Below are positions 1-8,380 of a stretch of DNA of 64,000 bases, in pieces. The notes beneath the pieces were generated by a model. The model made no database searches. It saw only the letters and a list, made by a program, of their open reading frames with translations, and was not told the DNA's origin. Location of the stretch: contig JBNLVK010000172.1 of NCBI GenBank assembly GCA_050618055.1, positions 14,644 to 78,643 of the forward strand, in the 5' to 3' direction. The translations under genes were made by a program, and so were the position numbers. How positions within the stretch are numbered: the stretch's first letter is position 1; every line of letters begins with the position of its first letter. The stretch is from Myxococcota bacterium (GTDB lineage Bacteria > Myxococcota_A > UBA9160 > SMWR01).

Positions 1-151
1 AGAAGCGGGCGTCCTCGTCGTGGTGGACGCTCACGTGGGGAAGCCCGGGCGACAGCCACTCGGTCGCCGACGGGTTGGCCGGCTCCTCGGCTCGCGCCGC
101 GGAGGCCAGCAGCAGGATGGTGGTCGCAAGAACAGCGCTCGCTCGTCCCAT
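1..151 (-). CDS. hypothetical exported protein, 5' end only (the gene continues past the window start)
   Basis: Own translation of the minus strand. ATG at 149-151 is preceded by GGAGGGACCC. The N-terminus MGRASAVLATTILLLASAARA|EEP looks like a signal peptide. The frame stays open to position 1. This ORF is not in the supplied track. Confidence 0.45.
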   Translation of the reverse strand, partial: MGRASAVLATTILLLASAARAEEPANPSATEWLSPGLPHVSVHHDEDARF

Positions 152-250
152 GGGTCCCTCCGGGCGCAACCGGCGCCCAGGTCCTCCATCGGCCTTTGCC
201 GGCGGGGACTTGAGGGACGTTCTGCGCGCGACCTGCGCCGCGCCGAGGCC

Positions 251-2206
251 TCAGTCCGCGAGTGCGTAGGCCCGCAGCGAGTCGCCGATCCCGGTCAGCG
301 GGTTGCCGCCCGCCGCGATCACCAGGAACTGCCGGCCCTGCGGCGACAGGCGATAGGTCATGGGCGTGGCGTTGCCGGTGAAGGGAATGCGCTCGCGGAA
401 GACCTCCTCGCCGGTGTCGGCGTCGAAGGCGCGCAGGTAGCGGTCGGTGGTGGCGCCGATGAAGTAGAGGCGTCCGGCGGTCACCAGCCCGCCGCCGAAG
501 TTCGGGGCGCCCAGGTGCCCGGTCCAGGGGATCGCCCACAGCGGGAAGGGCGCCTGGTCGCGGGTGGTGCCGAGACGCGAGCGCCACAGCACCTCGCCCG
601 ACGTCAGGTCGACGGCGGTGAGCGTCCCCCACGGCGGCGGGTTGCAGGGCGCGCCGAAGCGCGAGAAGAGCGGCGCCCGCACCACGCCGTAGGGCGTGCC
701 GGTCATGGGGTAGGCCTCCAGCGGGTACTGGACGCTGCCCGGCGGCATGGCGTCGAACTCGGCCCGCGGCACCAGCCGCACCGACATCGCGATGTGGGTC
801 TGGTTCGTGTACAGGATGGCCCGCTCCGGATCGATCGCGACGCCGCCCCAGTTCATGCCGCCGGCGCTGTGGGGGAACTGGATCGATCCCTCGAGCGTGG
901 GCGGCGTGAAGGCGCCGTCCCAGCGCAGCGCCGCGATCTGCTCGCGGCAGGAGGCGCGGTCGATCGGCGTGAAGCCGAAGGCGTTGTCCACCGTGAGCTC
1001 GGTGGGGTGCAGCGGCGGCGGGTGGGTCGGAAAGGGCTGGGTCGGCGACAGCGTCTCGCCGGGCACGCCGCCCTGGGGCACCGGCCGCTCCTCCACCGGG
1101 TAGAGCGGCTCGCCGGTCTCGCGGTCGAGCAGGAAGACGTGGCCCATCTTGGTGGCCTGGGCCACCGCCGGCCGCCCGCCGCCCACGCCCGGGTGCTGGA
1201 AGAGGGTGGGCTGGCTCGCCACGTCGAAGTCCCAGACGTCGTGGTGGACGGTCTGGAAGTGCCAGACCACGCGGCCGGTGCGCGCGTCCAGGGCGACCGT
1301 CGAGCTGCCGTAGTGGTCGAGCCCGCGGCGCTGGCCGCCGTAGCTGTCCGGCGACGGGTTGCCGGTGGGAACGAACACGAGCCCGCGCTCCGCGTCGCCC
1401 GACAGCAGCGACCAGACGTTGGGCGTGCCGCGCTGGTAGAGCTCGCCCTGGCGCCGCTCGACGGGGAAGCCCGGCGGCACCGGATCCCACGCCCAGACGC
1501 GGGCGCCGCTGCGCACGTCGAAGGCGCGCACCACGCCGGCCGGCGCATCCACCTTCAGCTGGTCCGCCACCAGCGCGCCGATCACCGCCACGTCGCCCAT
1601 CACCAGCGGCGGCGACGTCGGATAGTACTCCCAGGGCGCCGCCTCGCCGATGCCCTCGCGCAGCGCCACGCGACCGCCGTCGCCGAAGTCGGCGCAGGGG
1701 AGCCCCGAGTCCGCGTCCAGGGCGATCAGCTCCGCGTCCTTCGTGCCGTAGAGGATGCGGCGCTGGCAGGCCGCTCCCGCGCGCGGCTCGTCCTCCTCCC
1801 AGTACGCCACGCCGCGGCAGGTCAGCGGATAGGGGCCGCCGGTCTCGCGCGCGCGCAGCTGCGGGTCGAAGCTCCAGCGCTCCTGGCCGGTCTCCGGGTC
1901 GAGGGCGAACACGCGCATGAAGCCGGTGCAGTAGTAGAGCGTGTCGTTCACCACCAGCGGCGTCACCTGGAAGTTGGTGGGCGCCCGCTCGGCGTCGCCG
2001 GGGTGGAAGTCGCCGCTGCGATGCTCCCAGGCCAGCTCCAGGCGATCCACGTTGCCGCGGTGGATCTGGGCCAGCGGCGAGTAGTGGAGCCCGCCCTCGT
2101 CGCCCCCCCACTCGGGCCAGATCGCCACATCCGCGCCCGGACCGGGCGCCGGCGCCGCGTCGCTGCACGCGGCGAGGAGGAACAGGAATGCGAGGGCGCG
2201 TCGCAT
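251..2206 (-). CDS. PQQ-dependent dehydrogenase (quinoprotein glucose/sugar dehydrogenase family), lipoprotein form
   Basis: 651-aa ORF. Lipobox-like N-terminus FLFLLAAC|S. The sequence is beta-propeller quinoprotein-like throughout (WPEWGGDEGGLHYSPL, DVWDFD, GGMNWGG, TGEVLW). It is a paralog of 45270..47252. Confidence 0.9.
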   Translation of the reverse strand: MRRALAFLFLLAACSDAAPAPGPGADVAIWPEWGGDEGGLHYSPLAQIHRGNVDRLELAWEHRSGDFHPGDAERAPTNFQVTPLVVNDTLYYCTGFMRVFALDPETGQERWSFDPQLRARETGGPYPLTCRGVAYWEEDEPRAGAACQRRILYGTKDAELIALDADSGLPCADFGDGGRVALREGIGEAAPWEYYPTSPPLVMGDVAVIGALVADQLKVDAPAGVVRAFDVRSGARVWAWDPVPPGFPVERRQGELYQRGTPNVWSLLSGDAERGLVFVPTGNPSPDSYGGQRRGLDHYGSSTVALDARTGRVVWHFQTVHHDVWDFDVASQPTLFQHPGVGGGRPAVAQATKMGHVFLLDRETGEPLYPVEERPVPQGGVPGETLSPTQPFPTHPPPLHPTELTVDNAFGFTPIDRASCREQIAALRWDGAFTPPTLEGSIQFPHSAGGMNWGGVAIDPERAILYTNQTHIAMSVRLVPRAEFDAMPPGSVQYPLEAYPMTGTPYGVVRAPLFSRFGAPCNPPPWGTLTAVDLTSGEVLWRSRLGTTRDQAPFPLWAIPWTGHLGAPNFGGGLVTAGRLYFIGATTDRYLRAFDADTGEEVFRERIPFTGNATPMTYRLSPQGRQFLVIAAGGNPLTGIGDSLRAYALAD

Positions 2207-2256
2207 CGCGGCGCACTCTAGGCCATCCGCGTGCGGCGTGCGGGTAGAATGGCCGC

Positions 2257-3021
2257 ATGCCCGGACTGCGCGGACTCGACGGCTTCCCGGTGCTGCTGAC
2301 CGGCGGCGCCAGCGGCATCGGCCGCGCCACCGCGCTGCGCCTGGGCGAGGAGGGAGCCGTGGTCGGCGTGCTGGATCGCGACGGCGACGGCGCCGGCGCC
2401 ACCGCCGCGGCGATCGCCGACGCCGGCGGCCGCGCCCACGCCTTCGGCGTCGACATCACCGACGGCGCAGCGGTGGAATCGGCCGTCGACGACTTCGTCG
2501 CGCGCGCCGGCGACGTGAAGGGCCTGGTGAACTGCGCGGGCTGGGACCACGCCGGGAACTTCCTCGACACCGACCCGGATCTCTGGCGCAGGCTGATCGA
2601 CGTCAACCTGATGGGTCCGCTGCACGTGACGAAGGCGGTGCTCGCGCGCATGGCGGAGGCGGGCTTCGGCCGCGTCGTCAGCATCGCCAGCGACGCGGGG
2701 CGCGTGGGGTCGTCGGGCGAGTCGGTCTACGCCGCCTGCAAGGCGGGCATCGCGGCGTTCTCCAAGTCGGTGGCGCGCGAGATGGCGAAGACGGGCATCA
2801 CGCTCAACGTGGTCTCGCCCGGGCCGACCGACACGCCGCTGTTCGCCGACTTCGATTCCAGTGGGAAGCTCGGCCCGGCCCTGGCCCGCGCCATTCCCAT
2901 GCGTCGCCTGGGACGGCCCGAGGACTTCCCGGGCGCCATCGCCTTCCTGCTCTCCGACGACGCCAGCTTCATCACCGGCCAGACGCTCAGCATCTCCGGT
3001 GGTCTCACCATGCACGGATAG
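2257..3021 (+). CDS. SDR-family oxidoreductase, BadH-like (2-hydroxycyclohexanecarboxyl-CoA dehydrogenase-like)
   Basis: 254 aa. Motifs TGGASGIG, NCAGWD, SSGESVYAACKAG (YxxxK), VSPGPTDT and SISGGLTMHG. From memory these closely resemble Rhodopseudomonas palustris BadH. Confidence 0.85.
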   Translation: MPGLRGLDGFPVLLTGGASGIGRATALRLGEEGAVVGVLDRDGDGAGATAAAIADAGGRAHAFGVDITDGAAVESAVDDFVARAGDVKGLVNCAGWDHAGNFLDTDPDLWRRLIDVNLMGPLHVTKAVLARMAEAGFGRVVSIASDAGRVGSSGESVYAACKAGIAAFSKSVAREMAKTGITLNVVSPGPTDTPLFADFDSSGKLGPALARAIPMRRLGRPEDFPGAIAFLLSDDASFITGQTLSISGGLTMHG

Positions 3022-3036
3022 CCGAGGAACGAACGC

Positions 3037-3825
3037 ATGACCTTCGAAGACGTCCGCTACGAGGTCCGCGACCACGTCGCCACCATCACCATCGACCGGC
3101 CGAAGGTGCACAACGCCTTCCGCGGGCGGACCTGCGAGGAGCTGGTCAGCGCCTTCCAGAAGGCGGGCTACGACCGCGACATCGGCGCCATCGTGCTGAC
3201 CGGCGCCGGCGAGCGCGCCTTCTGCAGCGGCGGCGACCAGTCGGACCACGCCGAGGACGGCAGGTACGCCGGCGGGCGCGGGGTGATCGGCATGCCCATC
3301 GACGAGGTCCACTCGGTGATCCGCGACGTGCCCAAGCCGGTGGTCGCCAAGGTGCGCGGCTACGCCATCGGCGGCGGCAACGTGCTGGCCACCATCTGCG
3401 ACCTGACGCTGGCCGGCGAGAGCGCCGTGTTCGGCCAGGTGGGACCGCGCATGGGATCGGTCGACCCGGGCTTCGGCACCGCCTACCTGGCCCGCGTGAT
3501 CGGCGAGAAGAAGGCGCGGGAGATGTGGTTCCTGTGCCGCCGCTACAGCGCGGCGGAGGCGCTCGAGATGGGTCTGGTGAACGCGGTCGTGCCCGACGCC
3601 GAGCTCGACGCCGAGACCGACCGCTGGACGGCGGAGCTGGCCGCCCGCAGCCCCACCGCCATCGCACTGGCGAAGCGCAGCTTCAACGCCGACACCGAGG
3701 CCATCCGCGGCATCGGCTCGCTCGGCATGCAGGGCCTGGCCCTCTACTACGACACCGCCGAGTCGAAGGAGGGCGGCGACGCGCTGCGCGAGAAGCGGGA
3801 GCCCGACTTCCGCAAGTTCGCGTAG
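3037..3825 (+). CDS. crotonase-superfamily enzyme of the MenB/BadI subgroup (1,4-dihydroxy-2-naphthoyl-CoA synthase-like / 2-ketocyclohexanecarboxyl-CoA hydrolase-like)
   Basis: 262 aa. Motifs FCSGGDQ and GQVGPRMGSVDPGFG...EKKAREMWFLCRRYSAAEALEMGLVN, with a C-terminal REKREPDFRKF. These are MenB/BadI hallmarks. The gene lies 15 nt downstream of the BadH-like gene. Confidence 0.85.
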   Translation: MTFEDVRYEVRDHVATITIDRPKVHNAFRGRTCEELVSAFQKAGYDRDIGAIVLTGAGERAFCSGGDQSDHAEDGRYAGGRGVIGMPIDEVHSVIRDVPKPVVAKVRGYAIGGGNVLATICDLTLAGESAVFGQVGPRMGSVDPGFGTAYLARVIGEKKAREMWFLCRRYSAAEALEMGLVNAVVPDAELDAETDRWTAELAARSPTAIALAKRSFNADTEAIRGIGSLGMQGLALYYDTAESKEGGDALREKREPDFRKFA

Positions 3826-3864
3826 ACTGCGCGGGCCCGGGCCGGGAAGAAGGAGGAGGGACGC

Positions 3865-4596
3865 GTGGCGGAGCCGTTCGAGGATCGAAGCGAGGGCGTG
3901 CTGTCCAAGGTGATCGGGGGACGGCGCGGCTGCATGCAGGAGGTGGAGCGCCTGCTGGCGCGCGCAGACCGCGTGTCGGAGGTCGGCCAGGACCGGGTGG
4001 CCGAGGTGGCGTCGCGCCACAAGGTCGACTTCGGCAAGCGCATGCGCACCGGCCGCACCCAGCTCTACCGCCGCTTCCTCGAGCACTGCCTGCGCGACGG
4101 CCACCTCTCGGAGGAGGAGAGCGAGGCCCTGGAGCACCTGCGCTCGCTGCTGCGGCTGGACGACGAGAGCGCGTCGCGCGTCCACGACGAGGTGTCGCGC
4201 TCGGTCTACGGCGAGGCCGTCGACGAGGTGCTCGAGGACCAGCAGCTCGACCCGGAGGAGCAGGAGTTCCTCGAGCGGCTGCGCGGCCGGCTGGACATCC
4301 CCGAACCGGTGGCCGACGCGCTGCTGAAGGAGGGCGTGCAGCGCGCGCGCCAGCGCTTCTTCTCGAAGGCGGCGGCGCGGTCCGGCGTGTTCCTCACCTC
4401 CCACGAGGCGCCGCTCCAGCTGGTCGGCGCCTCCGAGACGTCGATCGAGGCGGCGGTGAACGACGCCCTCGACCAGGCCTGCCGCGCCGTGCCGCGCCTG
4501 CACTGGATCGAGGTGGGCAAGATCCGCGGCGAGGTGGTGGAAGGCCGCGTGAAGGAGTGGCAGGTCGAGCTGAAGGCCTGGCTCGACCCGGAGTAG
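3865..4596 (+). CDS. acidic helical-repeat domain fused to a C-terminal dodecin domain
   Basis: 243 aa. GTG start preceded by GAAGGAGGAGGG. The C-terminal ~65 aa (LQLVGASETSIEAAVNDALDQACRAVPRLHWIEVGKIRGEVVEGRVKEWQVELKAWL) match the dodecin pattern. Confidence 0.75.
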   Translation: MAEPFEDRSEGVLSKVIGGRRGCMQEVERLLARADRVSEVGQDRVAEVASRHKVDFGKRMRTGRTQLYRRFLEHCLRDGHLSEEESEALEHLRSLLRLDDESASRVHDEVSRSVYGEAVDEVLEDQQLDPEEQEFLERLRGRLDIPEPVADALLKEGVQRARQRFFSKAAARSGVFLTSHEAPLQLVGASETSIEAAVNDALDQACRAVPRLHWIEVGKIRGEVVEGRVKEWQVELKAWLDPE

Positions 4597-4599
4597 CGC

Positions 4600-4629
4600 A
4601 GGGAATGTCTGCACATGCGGACACTCCCT
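4600..4629. terminator. GC-rich hairpin between convergent genes (possible bidirectional terminator)
   Basis: AGGGAATGTCTGCAC/ATGCGGACACTCCCT. 13 of 14 stem positions pair (one mismatch, one G-U). There is no clear U-tract. Confidence 0.35.
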
Positions 4630-5419
4630 ACAGCTCCGGCACCGGAATGCGGAAGGCCGGCGACTCGGCGCCGCCGTCCACCTCGAAGACCTTGCCGGTC
4701 ACCCAGCTCGCCGCCGGCGACGCCAGGTAGAGGGCGCAGGCCGCCACGTCCTCGACCTCGCCGATGCGGCCCATGGGCGTGCCCTCCTCCATCTGGCGGC
4801 GGATCGCCTCGTTGGTGAGCACGCTGTCCAGCGCCGCCGTCGCCACGCCGCCCACGGCAATGGCGTTGACGCGCACCTTCGGCGCGAAGTCGGCCGCCAG
4901 CTCCTTCGTCATGAAGGCGAGGCCGGCCTTGGCCGTCCCGTAGGCGACGAAGCCGGTCTGGACCATGCCACCGGCGCGCGACGACACGTTCACCACGGCG
5001 CCGGCGCCGGCCGTGGCGACCATGCGCGGCACCGCCAGCTTCGTGGCCAGGAAGGCGGAGGTGAGGTTGAAGCGCAGCGCGTGCTCGAAGAAGCGCTCGC
5101 TGGTGTCGAGGGCCGGCCGCGGCGGCGTGCCGCCGGCGTTGTTCACCAGCACGTCGATGCGCGAGAGATCCCGCTCGGCGCGCCCGACCAGCGCCTCGAG
5201 CTGCTCGGTCTCGGTCACGTCGCAGGGCTGGGCCACGGCGCGACCGCCCCGCTCGCGCACCGCCTCGGCGGTCTCCTCGATGTCGGACGCGGTGCGCGCC
5301 GCGCACACCACGTCGGCGCCGGCCTCGGCGAAGGCCAGGGCGATGCCGCGGCCGATGCCCTTGCCCGCACCGGTCACGATCGCCACGCGCCCGTCCAGCC
5401 GGAAGCGGTCGAGGATCAC
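4628..5419 (-). CDS. SDR-family oxidoreductase
   Basis: This is the 3' part of track ORF 4628..7057. GTG at 5419 overlaps the upstream stop (GTGA). Motifs TGAGKGIGRG, NNAG and YGTAKAG. 263 aa. Confidence 0.85.
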   Translation of the reverse strand: MILDRFRLDGRVAIVTGAGKGIGRGIALAFAEAGADVVCAARTASDIEETAEAVRERGGRAVAQPCDVTETEQLEALVGRAERDLSRIDVLVNNAGGTPPRPALDTSERFFEHALRFNLTSAFLATKLAVPRMVATAGAGAVVNVSSRAGGMVQTGFVAYGTAKAGLAFMTKELAADFAPKVRVNAIAVGGVATAALDSVLTNEAIRRQMEEGTPMGRIGEVEDVAACALYLASPAASWVTGKVFEVDGGAESPAFRIPVPEL

Positions 5420-6471
5420 GCCAGCAGGTCCGGCGCGGCGCGGCCCGACACGAGCGGCAGGTCCAGGTAGGTGCGGATGCCCGGCTCGGCCCGGCACACC
5501 ACCGGGATCGAGTTCACGCAGTGCATGGCCGTCGCGCAGATGCCCGGGTTGCGGTCGAGGTCGCGGCGGACGTCCGGCGGGTGCAGGCCGTGGAAGGTGA
5601 CCGCCAGCGGCGGCTCGGCGTCGAAGGAGACCTCGAAGCGCTCCCCGCCGAGCTTCCAGGGCGGGTCCAGCGCGTGGTCGCCCATCAGCCAGTTCACGGC
5701 CGCCGTGATCACCGGCTCGCCCCGCACCGTGCCCTGCCAGCTGAAGCGCTGGGCCGCCACGGTTCCCTCGGGAATCACGCCCACCGGCGTGTCGATGTCG
5801 GCGGTCGCCACCGCCATCTCGTGGGTGGTCCGCTTCTCCGGGTCGAGGGCGAGGCCCAGGCCCGCCGCCAGCATGTCGATCGACTGCTTGAAGCCGTGGC
5901 CCAGCATGTCGAGCATGGAGCTCTGGCGCGCCTCCTCGAGCGACTTGCCGAACAGCATCACCTCGCGGACCACGAACTCGGTGGCGTAGCTGCGGATGTC
6001 GGAGAACTCCTCGGCCCGCACGTGGCGGATGTTGCGGCACAGCGCCGACATCACCAGCGGGAAGCGCTCGGTGATGCCGCCCGGGTGGATGCCGGTGCCG
6101 TGGAGCGTGACCCCGCCCTTGCGGCAGGCCGCCTCCAGCTCGGCCACACCGGAGCTCGAGAACGGGTAGAACCAGCCCAGCGGCGAGACCACGTTCTTGC
6201 CCGATTCGAGGATGCGCGCCACCTCGCCCGGGTTGGCCATGATCGGGCTGTAGTGCACGCAGTCGGCGTCCATCGCCAGCAGCTCGTCGACGTCGCGGGT
6301 GGCGGTGACGCCGACCTTCCCCAGCCCGCAGATCTCGCCCACGTCGCGGCCCGCCTTGGCGTCGCCGTGCACCCAGGCACCCACCAGCTCGAGCTCCGGG
6401 TGGGCGAGGATGCCCTCGACCGCCGCCCGTCCCACGTTGCCCGTCGCCCACTGGATCACCCGGTACGTCAT
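5416..6471 (-). CDS. NAD(P)-binding oxidoreductase of the dihydrodipicolinate-reductase-like / amine-dehydrogenase-like family
   Basis: The internal ATG at 6471 is preceded by AAGGGAG. N-terminus MTYRVIQWATGNVGRAAVEGILAHPELELVGAWV (Rossmann fold). 351 aa. Confidence 0.75.
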   Translation of the reverse strand: MTYRVIQWATGNVGRAAVEGILAHPELELVGAWVHGDAKAGRDVGEICGLGKVGVTATRDVDELLAMDADCVHYSPIMANPGEVARILESGKNVVSPLGWFYPFSSSGVAELEAACRKGGVTLHGTGIHPGGITERFPLVMSALCRNIRHVRAEEFSDIRSYATEFVVREVMLFGKSLEEARQSSMLDMLGHGFKQSIDMLAAGLGLALDPEKRTTHEMAVATADIDTPVGVIPEGTVAAQRFSWQGTVRGEPVITAAVNWLMGDHALDPPWKLGGERFEVSFDAEPPLAVTFHGLHPPDVRRDLDRNPGICATAMHCVNSIPVVCRAEPGIRTYLDLPLVSGRAAPDLLA

Positions 6472-6526
6472 GCCTGCTCCCTTCGCGGGCATTGTGCCAT
6501 GATCGTCGCCCGGACCCGGAGGAACC

Positions 6527-7276
6527 ATGGAGATCCGCGATCGCGTGGCGATCGTCACAGGCGCCGCGTCGGGCATCGGGCGCGCCACGGCCCTGGCGCT
6601 GGCCGCGGCCGGCGCGCGCGGCGTGGCGCTGGCCGACGTGGAGGAGGCGCTGCTGGACGAGGTGGCGGCGGAGGTCGAAGCGCTCGGCGCCGCCCCGCTT
6701 CCCGTCTACACCGACGTCCGCAACCCGAAGTCGCTGGAGAACCTCTTCGAGCGCACCGTCGCCGGGCTCGGGCCCTTCCGGATCCTGCACAACAACGCCG
6801 GCGTCACCACCGGCACGCCCACCTGGCCCGACCTCGCCAGCGAGCGCATCGAGGCGCTGATCGACGTGAACCTGAAGGGCGTGATCCTGGGCACGCACCA
6901 GGCGCTGCCCTTCCTGCGCGACGCCGGCGGCGGCGTGATCGTGCAGACCGCGTCGATCGCCGGCCACGCGCCGCTGCCACCCGAGGCGGTCTACTGCGCC
7001 ACCAAGGCGGGCGTCGAGATGTTCACCCGCTCCTGCGCCGCGCTGCACGAGAGCCACGGCGTGCGCGTCGTGTGCGTGTGCCCGGGCGTGGTCGAGACGC
7101 CCATGCTGCGGAAGACCGGCGTCGACGGACGCATCGCCGACTACCTGAAGCCGGTCTACGACGCCGTGCAGGTGCTGGCGCCGTCGGACGTGGCCGACGC
7201 GGTGCTGGAGCTCGTCCGTGACGACGAGGCGATCGCCCGGGTGGTCGACGTCCCCAACCCGGCGCCCCCGGCCTAG
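6527..7276 (+). CDS. SDR-family oxidoreductase
   Basis: 249 aa. Motifs TGAASGIGRA, NNAG and YCATKAG. Confidence 0.85.
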   Translation: MEIRDRVAIVTGAASGIGRATALALAAAGARGVALADVEEALLDEVAAEVEALGAAPLPVYTDVRNPKSLENLFERTVAGLGPFRILHNNAGVTTGTPTWPDLASERIEALIDVNLKGVILGTHQALPFLRDAGGGVIVQTASIAGHAPLPPEAVYCATKAGVEMFTRSCAALHESHGVRVVCVCPGVVETPMLRKTGVDGRIADYLKPVYDAVQVLAPSDVADAVLELVRDDEAIARVVDVPNPAPPA

Positions 7277-8380
7277 CTAGTCGAGCAGGGCGGCCACCGG
7301 GCCGCGCATCCGCTCCGCCACCAGCGCGTGTCCGCGCGGCGCCATGTGGCCGTTGGTGTCGGGCGGGTAGATGGCCAGCGAGGTGCGGACCGCGTCGCGC
7401 AGCGGACCGGCCACGTCCACCACGAAGCCGCCGGCGGCCTCGATGCGCCGCACCAGCGCCGCGCTGTAGCGCGCCTCGCCGGCGACCAGGGCGTCGTAGG
7501 CCGCGTGGGGCTTCGCGCCGGCGGCGCGCAGCCGGAGCTCGAAGGCGCGCTCCTTGGTGGGAATGACCGTGAACAGCGGCTGCGGGCCGCCCTGCGCCGC
7601 GTCGGCCAGGATGCGCTCCGCCACCCGCGCCATCACCTCCCAGCCGGCCGCCACCGCCGGGTCGTCCAGGTTCGAGGCCAGGCGCAGCACCGGGGTGAAG
7701 GCCACGGTCTGGCCGTTGCGACCGCCGAAGCGCAGCGCCCACACCTCCTCGGGCGGGCTCGGCCAGGTCACCGGCGGCAGGTCGTCCACGCCGAGGGCGG
7801 CGTCGGGGCGCAGCGAGGCGAAGCGCTCGATGGAGTAGGCCGCGCTGAACGAGTCGCGGGGGTCGTTGCCGGCGTAGAAGGCGACCACCACCACCTCGGG
7901 CTCGAAGAAGGCGGCCGCCTCCCACATGGCCAGGTACTGCGCCGCCCCCCAGCCGCCGGTCGACATGTCGTAGACGCCGGCCGCGTCGCCCAACCGGCGC
8001 GAGAGCACGTGGGGCCAGGCGTCGTCGATGGGGACGGTGGTCCCGTAGGTCTGGCTGTCGCCGATGGTGACGACGCGCGAGCGGCTCGGCACCGCGTGGT
8101 TGCGGAAACCCAGCGCGTCGGTCGGCCCGAGCTGGCGGCGGTCCTCCAGGAAGGGACGCGAGCGCACCACCAGGGTCGGGTCCGGCAGGATGGCCTCGCT
8201 CGACGCGCGGTCCTCGGGGCGGAAGACGTTCTCGTAGAAGGGCACGACGCGCTCGTCCGCCTGGACGATGCGCACCTCCGACGGCGAGCGCAGCAGACCG
8301 GGCGCCAGCCAGCGCACCGCCAGCAGTCCCAGCAGCAGGCTCAGCGCCGCCGACACCGCCAGCAGCAGCGCCTCCCTCAC
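7277..8380 (-). CDS. membrane-anchored SGNH/GDSL-like hydrolase
   Basis: This is the 3' part of track ORF 7277..9763. GTG at 8380 forms a GTGA overlap with the upstream stop. There is an N-terminal TM segment (LLLAVSAALSLLLGLLAV). Motifs VVTIGDSQTYG and FYAGNDPRD. 367 aa. Confidence 0.65.
   Translation of the reverse strand: MREALLLAVSAALSLLLGLLAVRWLAPGLLRSPSEVRIVQADERVVPFYENVFRPEDRASSEAILPDPTLVVRSRPFLEDRRQLGPTDALGFRNHAVPSRSRVVTIGDSQTYGTTVPIDDAWPHVLSRRLGDAAGVYDMSTGGWGAAQYLAMWEAAAFFEPEVVVVAFYAGNDPRDSFSAAYSIERFASLRPDAALGVDDLPPVTWPSPPEEVWALRFGGRNGQTVAFTPVLRLASNLDDPAVAAGWEVMARVAERILADAAQGGPQPLFTVIPTKERAFELRLRAAGAKPHAAYDALVAGEARYSAALVRRIEAAGGFVVDVAGPLRDAVRTSLAIYPPDTNGHMAPRGHALVAERMRGPVAALLD

Noticed and set aside
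20-2221. 733-aa plus-strand ORF covering the first PQQ dehydrogenase locus
   Set aside because: It is antisense to a gene with a clear domain signature. The translation is Arg/Gly/Ala/Pro-rich with no recognisable motifs. This is a typical high-GC shadow ORF.
3037-3825. Calling the crotonase menB (menaquinone biosynthesis)
   Set aside because: No other men genes are nearby, and the adjacent SDR is BadH-like. The MenB and BadI clades cannot be separated by eye, so no gene symbol was assigned.
2218-4730. Track ORFs 2218..4614 (-, 798 aa) and 2238..4730 (+, 830 aa)
   Set aside because: They run across three well-supported genes (SDR, crotonase, dodecin fusion) in other frames or on the other strand. 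Their composition is low-complexity and Arg/Gly-rich, and they carry no motifs.
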